In this document: piece after piece, positions 1 to 13,452 of the stretch
Layout: every line of letters starts with the position of its first letter
How positions within the stretch are numbered: position 1 is the first letter of the stretch
Program-made: the position numbers and the translations under genes
Assembly: GCF_001194135.2 (NCBI RefSeq)
Contig: NC_068992.1
Coordinates: 47,544,224 to 47,608,223, forward strand
DNA: 64,000 nucleotides
Source of the DNA: Octopus bimaculoides
Taxonomy: Eukaryota
Direction of reading: 5' to 3'
The notes under the pieces: generated by a model
The model's database searches: none
Told to the model about the DNA's origin: nothing
Seen by the model: only the letters and a program-made list of their open reading frames with translations

Positions 1-639
1 ATATATATATATATATACATATATATACATATTATTTATATTATAATATGACTGAACGCCACGCATCCTCTTCCGACTATGTTTTATTTTAATAATTTTG
101 ATGCGCCCTCTATACGATCTTTTCACTCTTTCGTTTTTCTCTCTTTTTTTTCTATCTCTTATTATTTTACCTCCTCTTCTCACTATTCTATCCTATTACT
201 CTGTCACTCTCTCTACTTCACTCCTCCTCCCTTGCTCATGTGGCTCCCACGTGACCATCGGCAATCTTTCTCTGATTGCTAATCTCACTATTATGTTGGC
301 AATCTGTATTTTCTCTTTATTTCTGACTATGATAAGCTTCCACAAGTTTGACACCCAAATGGGTAATTAACTCAGACATACACAAAACGTTTTCTAAAGT
401 ATTGAACTTCCACCTGTTCGAGTTTTCTGAACATGAGATAAGTTTTAATCGAAACGCCAATTATGTGAACACTTGTTCTAAAACTGAACCGTTTCGTAAA
501 ACATAGATGAATATACGTACATCTCCATAACCACTGATATAAACTTTGTCGTGACACTGTAAATTTAGACCTCTTCTTCAGTTACTAACGCACTTCAAGC
601 TTTTAACAACAAACCACGTTGTTTAACAACTGTTGAATT

Positions 640-652
640 ATTGGACCAATCA
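640..652. promoter_or_regulatory. Palindromic CCAAT pair (ATTGG-A-CCAAT), NF-Y-like site
   Basis: ATTGG at 640-644 and CCAAT at 646-650; GACCAATCAG fits the NF-Y consensus. It lies in a locally CpG-enriched, repeat-free patch 45 bp from a p53-type element. Confidence 0.35.
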
Positions 653-695
653 GAAAATACGAGATTTGTAGCTGTTGAAGGAAAATTTTTATCCT

Positions 696-715
696 GAACA
701 TGCCTGAACATGCCT
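696..715. promoter_or_regulatory. Perfect p53/p63/p73-family response element (two RRRCWWGYYY half-sites, no spacer)
   Basis: GAACATGCCT-GAACATGCCT; both decamers match RRRCWWGYYY with the preferred CATG core. The match is direct; function is inferred. Confidence 0.5.
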
Positions 716-1696
716 TAATTTTCTAACAAAATATTGAAATCTCGAATTATGTCGCCTACTCTGTGAATTCAGCGAACTGCACACTCTGCTTAATTGCATA
801 AAAATTCAAATTATCGTGACCACGTAATTAATTGGAATCTACATTCTGATTTATCTACTCGCACGCATACACACAAACTTTCTCTCTTTCTCTCTCACTC
901 TCTCTCTCCCTCCCCTCTCTCTCTCTCTCTCTCTNNNNNNNNNNNNNNNNNNNNNNNNNNNNNNNNNNNNTCTCTCTCTCTCTCTCCCTCCCCTCTCTCT
1001 CTCTCTCTCTGCACACGGATATATATATATCTAGAGAGAGAGAGAGGGATTAAAGTAAAAACGAAAAGGCAAACTTTTTGGCATCACTTGAAAAGATATT
1101 TAACTTAGAGAATATAGATACACGGATTCTCTTATAACTGTTTCTAGAATAGTCGAATGTGTGGATCATCATGTTGAGTAAAGATTCCATAGGCTGAGTA
1201 CACCGTCATCAGAGAGAGAGAGAGAGAAGTCCGAGAGATGTAAAAGCGAGGGAAAGTTCACAATCGAGGGTAATAATGTATTCCATTTTGTCGAGAATAA
1301 AGGAAGAGTCAGATTAATATATATATATATATATATATATATAGTAAGTTCGGAGGTTTATTTAGTCAACTGTACAAACTCTTTAAGACAGTGCCTTAGC
1401 ATGGCCGCAGTCTAATGACTGAAACAAGCAAATGGTAGAAAATGGTAGATGGAGAAGTATTTACTTGCTAAGGAAAAGTAACTGCAATGTACTTCCAGAG
1501 AAAATAAACTTTGAATCACTCTCACTAGACATAATCTAGTTATTGGAGCAGTAAAATAAAGAATAAAGAAAAGAAAATTGGGGGTATGGAAAGAAAAAAG
1601 ACATAAGAAAAAGTAAAGAAAAATCAATTATTGGGCTAATGAGTTAATGTTTCGGAAGGAAATAGTCTAATGAAATGAGAAAGAGAGAGAGACTGT

Positions 1697-1753
1697 GGCG
1701 CGCGCGCGTAGCTTGTGCGATCGTGCTGCCACCTAGGATTGATTTAAGTAAGA
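1697..1753 (+). promoter_or_regulatory. (CG)5 micro-island followed by a splice-donor-like GTAAGA; possible alternative non-coding first exon
   Basis: GGCGCGCGCGCGT at 1697-1709 in AT-rich DNA; AA|GTAAGA at 1748. A second donor-like TA|GTAAGT occurs at 1344. Confidence 0.2.
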
Positions 1754-2245
1754 ACAAAAATAGGAAGTTTCTGTGAAAAATAAATGAGTAGTTTTATGTA
1801 TATTGTTAATGTTAGTTAGGCTGGGTTATTAAAATATAAAATGACTGAAAATTAGTTTGAGTCCAATAAAGGTCTGTTAAAACGATCTGTTGTTTTGAAC
1901 GTAGATATTAGATTCAGAGTCTAAGAAATAAAAGAGGAAAAGTGCTAATGATTTCTAATTTCTGTAGAGAATTTTTAAGAGTTATTTAAAGGGAAATAAA
2001 TATCGCTGGGCAAGTACCATAAAGTTTTCAGAATTTAAGAGATCACAGAACATTATGAAATTAAATAATGCATGAATCGAAGTTTAAGGAGAAGAGAGTG
2101 CAGAAGAACAATTAGGAGGCAAAACTAAGAAGGTGTGGAAGCTGAAGCCGTATTGTTAATGGAGAAGCTGTAGGTTACATCATTAACAGGTTATAGAAAT
2201 TAAATAAATAAATTGGAAAATATCTTATATCTACTTCAGAGTGTA

Positions 2246-2269
2246 ATGTTAGTGATCGATTTTGTTGAA
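2246..2269 (+). CDS. Candidate first coding micro-exon (exon 2240-2269; MLVIDFVE) of an unidentified gene
   Basis: Acceptor ctacttcAG| at 2239, donor GAA|GTGAGT at 2270, ATG at 2246, ends in phase 0. Short enough to arise by chance. Confidence 0.25.
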
Positions 2270-2940
2270 GTGAGTGCCTTCATTAATAACGATTGAGAGA
2301 CGAATTAGTAATATTCGTAAATGTCCAACTTTAGAAATTTAGTGTTGTACTTATTCTGAATTAATTTAAAGCACTCGACTAGTTTTAGAGTAGTTCTTCT
2401 ACAAATGTAAGGTCGATTCCTTCTTGTTTTTACTAATAATTTCATCTATTAATTTTGTATAAATTACACTTATGATTGAGAAATAAAAGGTAGAAACATA
2501 CATGGAAAATTGTTAGTATATTGTGTTTGTATGCCTTATATGGGAAAAGGAAAATAAGCGGGATAAAATAAACTTAATCAAGACATAATGGTGTGAGAGA
2601 GAATTAAGGGAACCGACAATCTAAGCATAAGTGTCATTTATGAACCAGTGAACCGATGAGAAGGAAAATAAATTGTACTTTCCAGCTAAATGAAAATAAC
2701 TAATAAATCTAGCGCTAACAGAAATTTTGAAATAGAGGAAGATATTAAGGAAGATATGAGATAAAAGCTAGGTAAAAGGATTAAACTTGCAGGATATTAC
2801 GAAGTGAGGCGTAAAAATTTGGTTTACTTGTAATATAAGTATGGAGTAGGTATGTAGGTGTATAAATTGTGCGTGTTATGATGTAGTTGAGGGAAGTATT
2901 TTTGTTGAACTAATGAATTTACATAGTTAATATATTTCAG

Positions 2941-2976
2941 GAATGGAATCATAATTGGTATTTAGGAGTTGAACAA
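2941..2976 (+). CDS. Candidate 36-nt coding micro-exon (EWNHNWYLGVEQ)
   Basis: Acceptor tatttcAG|G, branch-like CTAAT near 2910, donor CAA|GTAAGG. Only the phase 0 frame is open; phase 0-0. Confidence 0.35.
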
Positions 2977-5448
2977 GTAAGGTTACTAAGTTGTGAAAAA
3001 AAAAATAGTATAGATAAAATTGGATGTTAAAGGTAGATAAGGGTAGTCTGTTGTAAAGCGAGTATTAAATGATTATTGTTATAGTGTAAGTTATTAATTT
3101 GAGGTAAATTAAGTAGGGTACATTAACATCAAAACGGTTGCAGTCTAGGCAATGTGCTTAAAAATACTAAAAGAAAATTGATAAGTATACATACAGCCAT
3201 TTATTTATGAGGATAAGAATTTGGTTTATAATTGATATACATCTTAAAGCTTCTTTAGTTGCAAAAATATATTCTTTCGCTATTGTTGTTGATAAATTCA
3301 TAAGTAGATATTACAAGCTCCGTTGTTTCTGGAATATCACTTAACTAAAGACAAAATGCTTCATTTTAGAAATTACGGTTAATTATTGTTTTTCAATTCC
3401 CAAATTAATCAAGATAAAGTAGTTTCATGATATACGCTAAGATTTTTAAATGTATGAATATGATTATTGAAGAATAATTTAAAAGGACTAGAGATGTGAC
3501 AGGTGTGTATGTGAAGAGAATTGATAGTTTGTACAGTGCCTTGGTAAGCCATATTACTTGCAATGTAATTAAATTTTAGTGGGTATGCATTCAGATTCAT
3601 GAAATGATAATTGATAAAAGGCTTGGTTCATGGATCTGGCTGATAAACTGAGACACGGCTCCGGCATAATCAGTTCTAGATTTTCATTGTGTACTTATTA
3701 AAAATTTCATAATGCATGAGCTACGGGAAAACTGAAAGTTAAGTAATATGGAAAATATTTTGCAGTAGAACCAGTCTTTCTATCTCTATTTCAATTTTTA
3801 TTTTGAGGTAATGTAGTTGGAGAATATTCGACGTCACTTTCGATTTAACTAACTCACTATTATTTCTTTTTACGGAAATCAAATAAAAACACTGAACTAT
3901 ATGAACACAGTAGCCGCCTAAGAAACATTTTTAATAATTTGGTCAAAAATATCCTTCTTGAATTGTATAAACTCCCAGTTAATAAGCAAACCCTTACAAG
4001 ATTCAGTCCCCGAACAAATTTTTGGCATCAAATACACTTCTAGTGCTCCCCCACCGCATAAAATACGTATAACCCTCATTCCCACCACAATGAAATGTCC
4101 TACTTCGTTTTACCACTGTCTAACACTTCTTGTTGGTTCTCTTCTTCCATAAACTTTCACATAATAATTTCCTTTGCTTTGTAATCGTCTAATATTCATT
4201 TCCCTTTAAATAACTATTAAAAGTTCATTATTGAAGTTGGAAATCGTTAGCATTTCTTTTATTTCTTTGTCAGTCTTTTATTGGAATCAAACTGATTTTC
4301 AATATCCGTATTTTCCAATAAGCCTATGTAACTAACAGTCACTAAATATATTAAACCTATCCACACACATTTTACGTTCTTCCAAAGACTTGTTTTAGTT
4401 CTTAAAAAAATTCATTTGTAATCAAGTTTAGATCTGACGTATGCAATTAACTTTTATTCAGTTTCGTCACACCCAAGAATAAAAATTTTACTGACAAATT
4501 TATGACAGTATAAACAAAGACACAAAAACTATAGCGCATTCACTTAAACTTCATAACAGATATGAACACTTAGTTAAACACAAAAACTATATATCACTGT
4601 CAAAGACCATTTCGAAAATTTCTCATCTAATCCATAATCCAAATTGTTTCACCCCGATAAGAGTGAAATCAGTTTCATTCATAAAGAATATTCATTACAG
4701 GATGAGAAAAGCAACGAATTTCTATCACTGAAATTGAGATATCACACTAATTGGTTGTTTTAACTATCTAAACTATAAATGTGATTGAAGATCTCTCAAT
4801 TTGACATTGTCGAATTCATCGGCTCCTGGATGTAGTTACCCACTAGCATTCTAGAAATTTATACACACACACACATACACATACACGTAGAACGACGAGA
4901 ATGAGTGCTCAACATTGCATTTGTGGATAAAATTTCTTTATTTATGTATTAAGGCTACCATTGGTTTCATGTTGGGAAAATGTTATGATATCTTAAACAA
5001 TTTTTTAAGCTGATCACTTGGATGAATGGTGTTCGTCTCCATGTTGGATGAAAACATATATATACACACTCCAAGGGAAGATGAAAGAGGTTAAATTGGC
5101 TTATCAGGGCGTAGCTGCATTGTCAGTACCTAAGGGAATTTCTGTCTTAAAATAATGTCACCCATCCAAAATGTTAGTAAATTCAATAAGAAATATTATC
5201 AAAAGTATGTTTACCTTATCGGAAGGAAAAAAGATCTTTGATAAAGCTCCACCTCATTTCAGCAACATATTAACAGTTAGCGGTCATGAAGATAAAATTA
5301 TATATACCTCTATCATTCTACTATTCATCAACTGAAAAAAAAAAATGTTGGAATGTCATCTGGTTCAGTCCTCCGTCTTCGTTGAAATTTAAATGCTATG
5401 TGGCGTATTTTTTAGACTCAATAATCAAACACAGTTACAGTAATTTAG

Positions 5449-5583
5449 GTCAACAGATATAATTTGAAACAAACTTATATTTTTACACAAAACATAAATA
5501 TAACTGCAAGTTACACACCTGAGCCAACACAAAAATTTATACACTCTCCATCAGCCAGCAATGCTGAAACAATTGCCTGTGAG
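5449..5583 (+). CDS. Candidate 135-nt coding exon (VNRYNLKQTYIFTQNINITASYTPEPTQKFIHSPSASNAETIACE)
   Basis: Acceptor taatttAG|G with the in-frame stop formed by the acceptor itself, 45 open codons, strong donor GAG|GTAAGA; phase 0-0. Confidence 0.45.
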
Positions 5584-5600
5584 GTAAGATCATCTTCCTA

Positions 5601-5635
<35 letters not shown>

Positions 5636-6220
5636 AACGAGTGTATGATGGAGGATAAATTTGAATGTTGCTGTTTCAACCATTTCACTTATTATTCAAC
5701 CTTCAAAAACATAAGGAGAGAAATCTAACCTTCTATCGAAATATGTTTGGAAACTAAAAGATCGGAGAATTATATTTGATATCCCCTGGAAAACTCTTGA
5801 AAGATGTAATCCGTGGATTAATGCTGCAAAAACTTTCAGATTATCTCATTCTGAAACGGTATTGTTTTAATGAATTTAACCTAATCTGACAACTATTTCA
5901 ATACTAGGCACGATATTGTTTAAAGACAAACACTTTAAGAACATTCTGTACATTGGAATAGATTGCCTGAGTGCCTATCAAATAAATACTAACTCGAAAT
6001 CCTTCTACTGCAAGTATGAAAGTTAAAACCGAAGGAAGATTAAGCTCATTACAGCTACTATAACAGCTAATTTATCTATTTCAACATCACCCTTTCTAAC
6101 TATAGCCATTCCATTTAGTTTCAATTGAGGCAATTTCTGCCGTTAATCGTATACTGCTCTATTTTAATGTATTTTATATCATTATTTTTTGCTTCCTGAG
6201 ATATTCACCATATATTTCAT

Positions 6221-6222
<2 letters not shown>

Positions 6223-6283
<61 letters not shown>

Positions 6284-6388
6284 CACACACACATATATAT
6301 ATATATATATATGAATGAATATCACGAGGTTATTCTTTCATAAACATACCTGTTTATCTATCTATTTTTCTCCCTCTCTCTCTCTCTT

Positions 6389-6423
<35 letters not shown>

Positions 6424-6668
6424 TTATATATATATATTTATATATTAATTCATACGTGTATACATAAAGGTGTATGTGAGTGAGGGGTGTATATCAAAAG
6501 CTTCGTAGCTTTTGATCCATACAGTTATAGCCATTTATTTATCTAGTTGCTTATTTATGTTTGATTGCCAGAATCTATCTACACGCGTATGCGTGTTTAG
6601 GTGTACACACATAAGTGTGTGTGTGTTTGTGTTATGTGTATGCGTGTGCTTGTGTGTGTGTGATTGTG

Positions 6669-6712
<44 letters not shown>

Positions 6713-7112
6713 GATCTTTCCTTTTGATATTTTTTTATCTGCCTTTGTATTTATATTAGGTTCCCCTTTGTTTCACTAGTTTTACTTCACCTTTTCATAG
6801 CTCAAAACGCATGGGTTTTTTTTTTTCATTACAATTTTTCTTCATTTTCAAGAAAAACTGAACGCTTTGTACTTTGTACAATAAGGGTCGCATACACATT
6901 TATACACACATGCACACACACACACACATACACACACGCACACATACATAGGCACGGGTGTAGGTCTATATGTATGTGTATAGGCAAATATGGGCATATA
7001 TGTCGCTGTGTGCACGTGAGTACGTATATGCCTGTCAGAGTAAGCATCTACACACACACATATATAAATAAATATACATGTATGTATGTGTGTGTATTTG
7101 TATATATGTCTA

Positions 7113-7151
<39 letters not shown>

Positions 7152-7293
7152 NNNNNNNNNNATATATATGTATATCTATATACATAATATATATACAAAT
7201 ACATACACTTATATATGCGTGTATATCTATATTTATTTATGCGTCTACCTCTGTGGGGTGTGTGCGTTTATGTGCGTGCGTGCAAGCAAGCGC

Positions 7294-7334
<41 letters not shown>

Positions 7335-7340
7335 TGTGTA
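6223..7340. repeat. Compound microsatellite field (TA)n/(CT)n/(GT)n/(CA)n
   Basis: Directly visible dinucleotide tracts and degenerate TAYA/CATA mixtures. Confidence 0.95.
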
Positions 7341-8009
7341 AGTATATCATTATGTGCTAAACAACCTTCATTTTCTATTATTTCTGTCGTACGGAGAAAA
7401 ATAAAATGTTTTTTTCTTAACGCTTTGGAGCTATCACTGTTTTGCGATAATTGTAAACAAATGACATTTTCTTTCTCTCCAAAAGAAAAAAGAAGCGCAC
7501 TTGTTTACATTTGTTTGCAGTTGTCACAATTCTGCGATGCTGCAAAAAAAAAAAACCGATTTACCATCTACTACCCTACTAATAGATATGTGTGTGCGTG
7601 CATTTGTATTTATGCATACTTATACACATAAACACATATGTATGTGTTTATGTTTGTGCACGTGTGTGTGTGTGTGCGTGTACATATGAATGTATTTGCA
7701 TGATTTATATATATATATAACACCATATATATATATACACACACGTATATATANNNNNNNNNNNNNNNNNNNNNNNNNNNNNNNNNNNNNNNNNNNNNNN
7801 NNNNNNNNNNNNNNNNNNNNNNNNNNNNNNNNNNNNNNNNNNNNNNNNNNNNNNNNNNNNNNNNNNNNNNNNNNNNNNNNNNNNNNNNNNNNNNNNNNNN
7901 NNNNNNNNNNNNNNNNNNNNNNNNNNNNNNNNNNNNNNNNNNNNNNNNNNNNNNNNNNNNATATGCGCGTGTGTGTGTGTGTGTGTGTGTATGTATATGT
8001 GTGTGTATT

Positions 8010-8560
8010 TATGAGTATGATGAATAAACAAAATCCAGACAGAACACCACAAAGGAACAATTTTTAACAAGGGTACTTTAAAGCTTGAAAGGAAAATATA
8101 AGGGTTTTTAACGTTTCGGACTCCTGCACTTCATCAGAAAAAGGAGGAGGTAGGGTGGTGGAAAGAATGCAGTTCCATGAAGAGAAGAAGAAAAGAAGTG
8201 TTTAGGAGCTGTCTGCGTGTATCGAAATGTACGTATGTAAGGAGCTGGGTATCAGAGATACATACCAACAGTTTTGAGACCAACTTCTTACCACTAATCT
8301 ATGCCAGCACCCGAGGATAAGTTTTAGCAAATTTATCCAAGAAAGGAAACTGATAACAAAGAAAGTTATTATAAAGGAACCTACGTAAAACGTATAATAA
8401 GGAAACACATTTTTCGTTTAAAATTTGATTTGTAACAAACGGAATCATACAGGTGAGAGAAGGATTAGGACATAGGGACAAATAACGATGTTAAATTGTT
8501 GGGTGTTCAAAAATGGGAGACTATGTAAATAGGTATATATAAAAATACATCGATGAAGTA
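8010..8560 (-). mobile_element. Probable Penelope-like element terminal (pLTR-type) fragment
   Basis: The minus strand carries a CTGATGA...CGAAACGT motif in pyrimidine-rich non-coding sequence, as expected for Penelope terminal repeats. No ORF remains and the boundaries are approximate. Confidence 0.35.
8105..8142 (-). ncRNA. Minimal type I hammerhead ribozyme-like motif (degenerate stem II)
   Basis: Minus strand reads UUUUU-CUGAUGA-AGUGCAGGAGUCC-GAAAC-GUU-AAAAA: 5-bp stem I, intact core, palindromic ACGU stem III. Stem II pairs poorly. Confidence 0.4.
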
Positions 8561-8899
8561 ACAAAGTGCATAGAGTAGCATATTCTGTAGAAACACAAAT
8601 AAGTTATCTTAATATATGCATTTAGCGAATGAAATGTCTGTTACTCGATTATCTGAAGGAGATACGTGTGAAACACAAACGAGAGAAAGTACATTAAGCT
8701 GATTAAATAAGGAGATAATAAAGTGAAATTAGCGATTCTTTGTGCTTCGGGGAAAACGGTATTCAACTTTTGAGGCTGACTATTGAGCAACGAAGAATAA
8801 AGTGAGATAATTAATAAAGACTTATGTTGGAAATAAAGGGAAAAGATAAAAATATTGCATACACCAATATACTCACGTATATGTAACACAGTTATATAT

Positions 8900-9449
8900 G
8901 CATACGCTTATATGTATATTTCTCTCTCCACCTTTCTCACTCTTTCCTTCTCTCTCCCTCTTTCTCTACTTCTCTCTCTCTCTCTTTTACTCGCTTTCAC
9001 TCTCTGTCTTTATCTCTCTCTCTTTCTGTATATATATATATATATATGTCTGTATATATATATATATATATATAAATTTACACACATTTTTATATACATA
9101 CGTATATATATATATANNNNNNNNNNNNNNNNNNNNNNNNNNNNNNNNNNNNNNNNNNNNNNNNNNNNNNNNNNNNNNNNNNNNNNNNNNNNNNNNNNNN
9201 NNNNNNNNNNNNNNNNNNNNNNNNNNNNNNNNNNNNNNNNNNNNNNNNNNNNNNNNNNNNNNNNNNNNNNNNNNNNNNNNNNNNNNNNNNNNNNNNNNNN
9301 NNNNNNNNNNNNNNNNNNNNNNNNNNNNNNNNNNNNNNNNNNNNNNNNNNNNNNNNNNNNNNNNNNNNNNNNNNNNNNNNNNNNNNNNNNNNNNNNNNNN
9401 NNNNNNNNNNNNNNNNNNNNNNNNNNNNNNNNNNNNNNNNNNNNNNNNN

Positions 9450-9489
<40 letters not shown>

Positions 9490-10184
9490 AATATATATAC
9501 ATATATACGTATATATATATATGTGTGTGTGTATGTGTGTGTGTGTGTATCACCCTATCAATTTCTCTCTATATATATGTATGTATATATACACACACAC
9601 ATACATACACATGTATATTTATGCATACAGACATGCACACATATGCACACAAGTGAGTGAGTTGAATTAAAATGGGTTAATGAATGTAAGGAAACACAAA
9701 TATACATGTGTACAGAACCGAAGAGGAAGCAATGAAATATTGAAGTTATAAATTAAATATTTTCCCCAGGAAATTTATTTCAACAAGCATGTAGTGTTAT
9801 ACACAAATATATGCGTATAATTGTGTATGTGTTCTTGATTGATATGAATGCCCTCAGAAACAAATACGGGTAAATGGGTGTGAAAATATATGCAAAGGTG
9901 TAAATTCAGCATGTACACATGCATACCTAACACACCTGAAGGTATGTATGTAAGTATGTATGTGTGTCTGTGTGTGTGTGTATTATATTTGTATATGTCT
10001 ATTATATATACAAAAATATATAACATTAATATATATATATCGGCATATATATTATATACGTATGATACGCATACATACACATGTGTATATATATATATGT
10101 ATGTGTGTTTGTATGTATGTACGTATTGTGTGTGTATGCATATATACATGCATGTATATAAATATACACAGATAGATACATGTT

Positions 10185-10217
<33 letters not shown>

Positions 10218-10343
10218 ATGTTTATATGTATATACATGTATGCATATACATCTATGTATATATATATGTGTGTGTGTGTGTATATATATATATAGAAATG
10301 TATATATATATACACACACCACACACATTCACACACACGCACA

Positions 10344-10379
<36 letters not shown>

Positions 10380-10380
10380 G
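8900..10380. repeat. Microsatellite/low-complexity field around an assembly gap
   Basis: (CT)n, (TA)n, (TG)n, (CA)n tracts; N-run at 9117-9449. Confidence 0.9.
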
Positions 10381-10576
10381 GGTATTAGAGCTATTGGTGT
10401 CAAGAAGACCCAAAGGTGTTAGGTAGTGCTGAGTAAGTGCTATGGACAGACTATAGTTAAGCTCCAGGTTCGATAATGATACGACTGAAGAGTCTAACGT
10501 AGGTCGTGTATTATCATGCATATATATAAAAATTAGCAGAATGAGATAAAAATCCAAGGCTGTCAATAGTTTTCAG

Positions 10577-10730
10577 AACATTTATAAAGAGAACGTCTTG
10601 CAGCTGTTTCCGGGATACTTTATACATCTCTTCTTCAGAGACGATGCAAGAAAATGTTTAAGTAATAGTTATTATAGAGAAGATATGAAATACAGAGTGA
10701 AGTGGAGGAATGAAAACAGACCTGAGATAC
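10577..10730 (+). CDS. Candidate 154-nt coding exon (NIYKENVLQLFPGYFIHLFFRDDARKCLSNSYYREDMKYRVKWRNENRPEI)
   Basis: Acceptor ttttcAG|, 51 open codons of ordinary composition (same frame as track ORF 10598-10825), donor AC|GTAAGG. Its phase 0 start matches the upstream exon; it ends in phase 1. Confidence 0.55.
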
Positions 10731-12008
10731 GTAAGGATATTGTATTTGCATTTCCATTATTTAAGCAGAATAGTGTGGGATATATACAATATCTCAGAAA
10801 CAGCTGTAAGACCTTCTCTTTATAAATGTTCTGAAAACTATTCACACCCTTGGATTTTTTTATCTCATTCTGTTAATTTATATATATATACGCAGAGAGA
10901 TAGAGATTCATGTAGGTACACTAGTACACTAGTTGTAAAGGTTTCATAAATCATTCACCTCCAAACACACCGATGTATGCTATGCTACAGCTCTTAAACA
11001 ATAATATATAAACAAATATGGCTATACTAACATAAACATACAGTATGTATATAATTCTACAGATACAAATCATTTAACAAGGATATGGGATAGAAATGTA
11101 CGCTTTATCATACTTATAAAATGAAGAGCGTGAATCCAACTACAACTGCAGCTTTCACCTTAGTTTAAATTTATATATGTATGTATCAAACAAGATGCTA
11201 GTCTCTGAGTTATCTCTGTGGATCCGCGTTCTTATTAAGTTATCTCAAGAAAGTGAGAAAATACACTATGCTAATTTAGTAATTAGATAATAAAATATGA
11301 AGTTAGCTATTTGTTGCACTCCAGGAAGGGCAATATTAAACTTTTATGTTTGAATATTGAAGAATGAGTGTAAAATGGGAGATAAATGATAAAGACTTGT
11401 GATTGAAATGAAGATAAAAAGAAAAAAGACGTGTACATATATATATGTGCATATGTATAAGTAGATAACAACACATAAATACCTTCATACACACACACAT
11501 GTACAGAAAGGTGTTTATATGGTAAAATGAGTTAATGAATAAAACATTCGTGTATATTAAATGTATAAAGCGTAACATGGAAAAAGAAAAAATATAAAGA
11601 AAATATTTTGCATGTGGTATTCAAATATGTAAACTTGTATAAAAGTATCCACATGTCCATGCATATAACTAGGTATATAAGGTTACATAGCATAAGTACT
11701 CTTAGAAATAAAGATGCTAAAATTTCAAAATGTAACCACATGTGAATCGTTGGCGATTTTTTTCCTCCGCCTTCCCCCCCCCCNNNNNNNNNNNNNNNNN
11801 NNNNNNNNNNNNNNNNNNNNNNNNNNNNNNNNNNNNNNNNNNNNNNNNNNNNNNNNNNNNNNNNNNNNNNNNNNNNNNNNNNNNNNNNNNNNNNNNNNNN
11901 NNNNNNNNNNNNNNNNNNNNNNNNNNNNNNNNNNNNNNNNNNNNNNNNNNNNNNNNNNNNNNNNNNNNNNNNNNNNNNNNNNNNNNNNNNNNNNNNNNNN
12001 NNNNNNNN

Positions 12009-12097
<89 letters not shown>

Positions 12098-13387
12098 CAC
12101 ACACACACGTCTCTGTGTGTTTATATGTATGTATAATGCATGTACTTTTAAAGGCAAACACCTACTTACATAAATACAAACACAGACATACACATATGCA
12201 CATGAACGCTGATCTAGCTACACTGTTTGTATTATAGCAGCCACATTTACGTATATACAAATATATCAGAGTAATTCACAGAAGCAATGATAGAAAAAAA
12301 AATACAGATATATCAGAATAGGGATATTCCTAAATCCGCTTAAATAAAAACTAATATAACAAAGAAAAACTATATCGTTTCATAAAAACGTCATTTTGAT
12401 ACAAATATGACAGTTCACTAAACACCGAACCAGTTCGTATTTGAAAATCCAGAAGAGCAGATACATTTACGTTCGCCAATAAAATTGAATAGAAGCAAAT
12501 CTAAATGCTCAAATAGAATAAAATCCAAGACATACAGGTGTATTCTGTTGAAAAAAAGGTAGCTCTCGCCTGGTCACCTTATCATAGATTCTAATCTATG
12601 CTTGTGTATTCAAATTATGTGTTCAATAGTGAAAGTCATGGTCATCTTATAGAGTCTTGTCTATATGAGTTTATAGTACAAAAAAAAAGGTTAGGTAGTT
12701 ATGGAATCGAAGTTCAAATGGATGCATGAAATAAAGTGCCTCTTATTCACTTAATAAAGGAACATATTCCAATCTATATTGGTATGTGATGTAAATATCA
12801 GTCAGATATAAATAGTAACAGGAAATGGAAGGGTTTCTAAAGAAACCATTTAAATTAGAAAAGAGCCTTGAAATTTCGTGAGAGTTTAAATTTCCTGTTA
12901 ATGTGTGTGTATGTGTGCGTAATTCTTTAAGTTTAAGGATTTTAAATATTTCATGTAGGCATGCAAAGATTATTTCTAAGCATCTTGTGAGCATCTATTT
13001 TGTGAGATTCGTTCTGAGTCCCTACTGTTTGCGGAAATTATTTCAAAGTGTTCAGATGTACATAAGCTGCAAGATTTTTCCCCGGGATATAGTATGTCTT
13101 ACGCTAGAATGTTCCATTTGAATGTAAACTATTTTTTCGTTCTCTTTTCAAATCTACAATAAAATTGAAGCAACGTATAGTTGCAGCTACTTTAGATTCG
13201 GAATGTATTTGTGTGTTTCGTTTCAATCGGCACACATGTATGTTGGTTTGTGGGTGTTGTCTGTTAGCTCTTATGAGATATTTGTACATAAGTGAATGCG
13301 ACTGTTCTATGAAACATTAATGGTTTCGCGACTTGAGTATATATGCTCACACCTATGCATGCCTACATGTGTGGAGGGATCTATATA

Positions 13388-13452
<65 letters not shown>

